Positions 62,741-64,000 of a stretch of 64,000 bases of DNA are shown in pieces (the first letter of the stretch is position 1; every line of letters begins with the position of its first letter). A model generated the notes under the pieces. It saw only the letters and a program-made list of their open reading frames with translations, was not told the DNA's origin and did not search any database. The DNA is from Octopus vulgaris (taxonomy: Eukaryota), in contig OX597821.1 of assembly GCA_951406725.2 (NCBI GenBank), forward strand, positions 3,100,001 through 3,164,000, given 5' to 3'. Position numbers and translations under genes: made by a program.

Positions 62741-64000
62741 TGGTCACTGCTTGAAATCGAACTTACCGAAGGTTGGGTAAGCTTTGTGGTTCGTAACCCG
62801 CTACATTCGAGGTAAGGCCGTTTTTATTGAAGAAAATATACCAATGTGGGGAATACATAATTAGTATCGTTGTCGTCTCCACTACGGATAAATTAAAATT
62901 TTCATTAAACTATCCCGGCTTCCTAAATATATTTTCACCGTGACATCCACCCACATATTTCGAATATATTTATTTCATTCTCTGCATCTCATTCGAATAT
63001 CTTCCCCTAAAGGAACTCATCAAGAATTAAATAAAATCCGGTATTAGATGGTTTAAAATCATTAAGTATAATTATAAAGAAATTTTGGAAAGTAATTGAA
63101 TGGCCATCGACTATGTATTGATGAACTAAAATTGACTTCCGTTATTACCAAGAGTATTTGATTCACTCCAGGAAACCATACTTTAAGCATAGGTACCAGC
63201 ATGGCGAATATTTCAGAATTTTGAGAATAACATAATTCACTTGCACAGATTAGTATATAACCGCTGGCAGCAAAGGTTATCAATTTTGAAGAAGCCATGC
63301 AAGCTTCTCTATCTTCCTAAGGACAGTTCAAAATATCACTAATTCCTCTTCAGATATTCTACTTCATTTCCCAACATCAAATTGTATGTCGTATCTTATA
63401 ATAGATTGAGGGAGAATAAAATCTCCCTCTCAGCAAAATTCTAAATGCAGAAACAATTTAGTTTTCGATTAATAGTTCTTTTCTAACGTGTCTTAATAGA
63501 CAACCTTATTAAAGATAACATCAGTGAACATTAACGATATTCTATTATGCTACCGACAATTTCGCTTCTCTTTAATAACCAACTATCAATCATTGCCAAA
63601 TATGTTTACTAATTCACCAATATCTTGAACTTTCATTCAATTATGACCCTGAAATCTCAAAGCTTGTGTACACGAATTCCAGTGCACTTGTGTGCTTCGC
63701 TAACATATTTATCAAGTAATAATTTATCAAACTCTTAAACCTTTACCAATGGTTAAAATTATATATGAGATTGGAATTCGTTTGCAAAACGAGATTAATC
63801 ATTTGTGACACACAAATTAAAGTGCGCACATTTTCCACTATACTCGGTTCTTAATCTGCCAAGGAATGAATTTGTACCTTATTCATTTTGTAAAATATAT
63901 AGAATATATCAACTCACAAAACGTTTTATTTTCTATTTTATTGCTAAATAAACATTTCTAATAAATATTTCTGATAATGTTTCAAATTCTTATCATATAC

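Noticed and set aside
63062-63800. Possible Gypsy integrase/RNase H remnant on the minus strand (GNNGSQF resembles SDNGxQF)
   Set aside because: A single short motif in broken frames; too weak to call.

Overview
AT-rich, microsatellite-dense animal genomic DNA. The SINE and repeat content resembles octopus/coleoid cephalopod (inference from recognition, not a search). I see no convincing host protein-coding exon: every ORF with recognisable motifs is a transposon remnant. These are two Penelope-like elements (RT + GIY-YIG), two R4/Dong-like RLE LINEs, several Tc1/mariner pieces, CR1/L2-like fragments and many tRNA-type SINEs. The standout is a ~5.7 kb head-to-tail array (33801-39511) of a ~583-bp non-coding unit between (TA)n tracts. 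Each of its 10 copies carries an intact type-I hammerhead ribozyme core on the minus strand, so it is a candidate retrozyme (circRNA-forming) array. At least seven other short repeats of unrelated sequence carry hammerhead-like motifs, mostly decayed. Several have inverted or terminally redundant ends, and two lie at the 3' ends of the Penelope-like elements. This suggests a family of ribozyme-bearing non-autonomous elements mobilised by Penelope RT.
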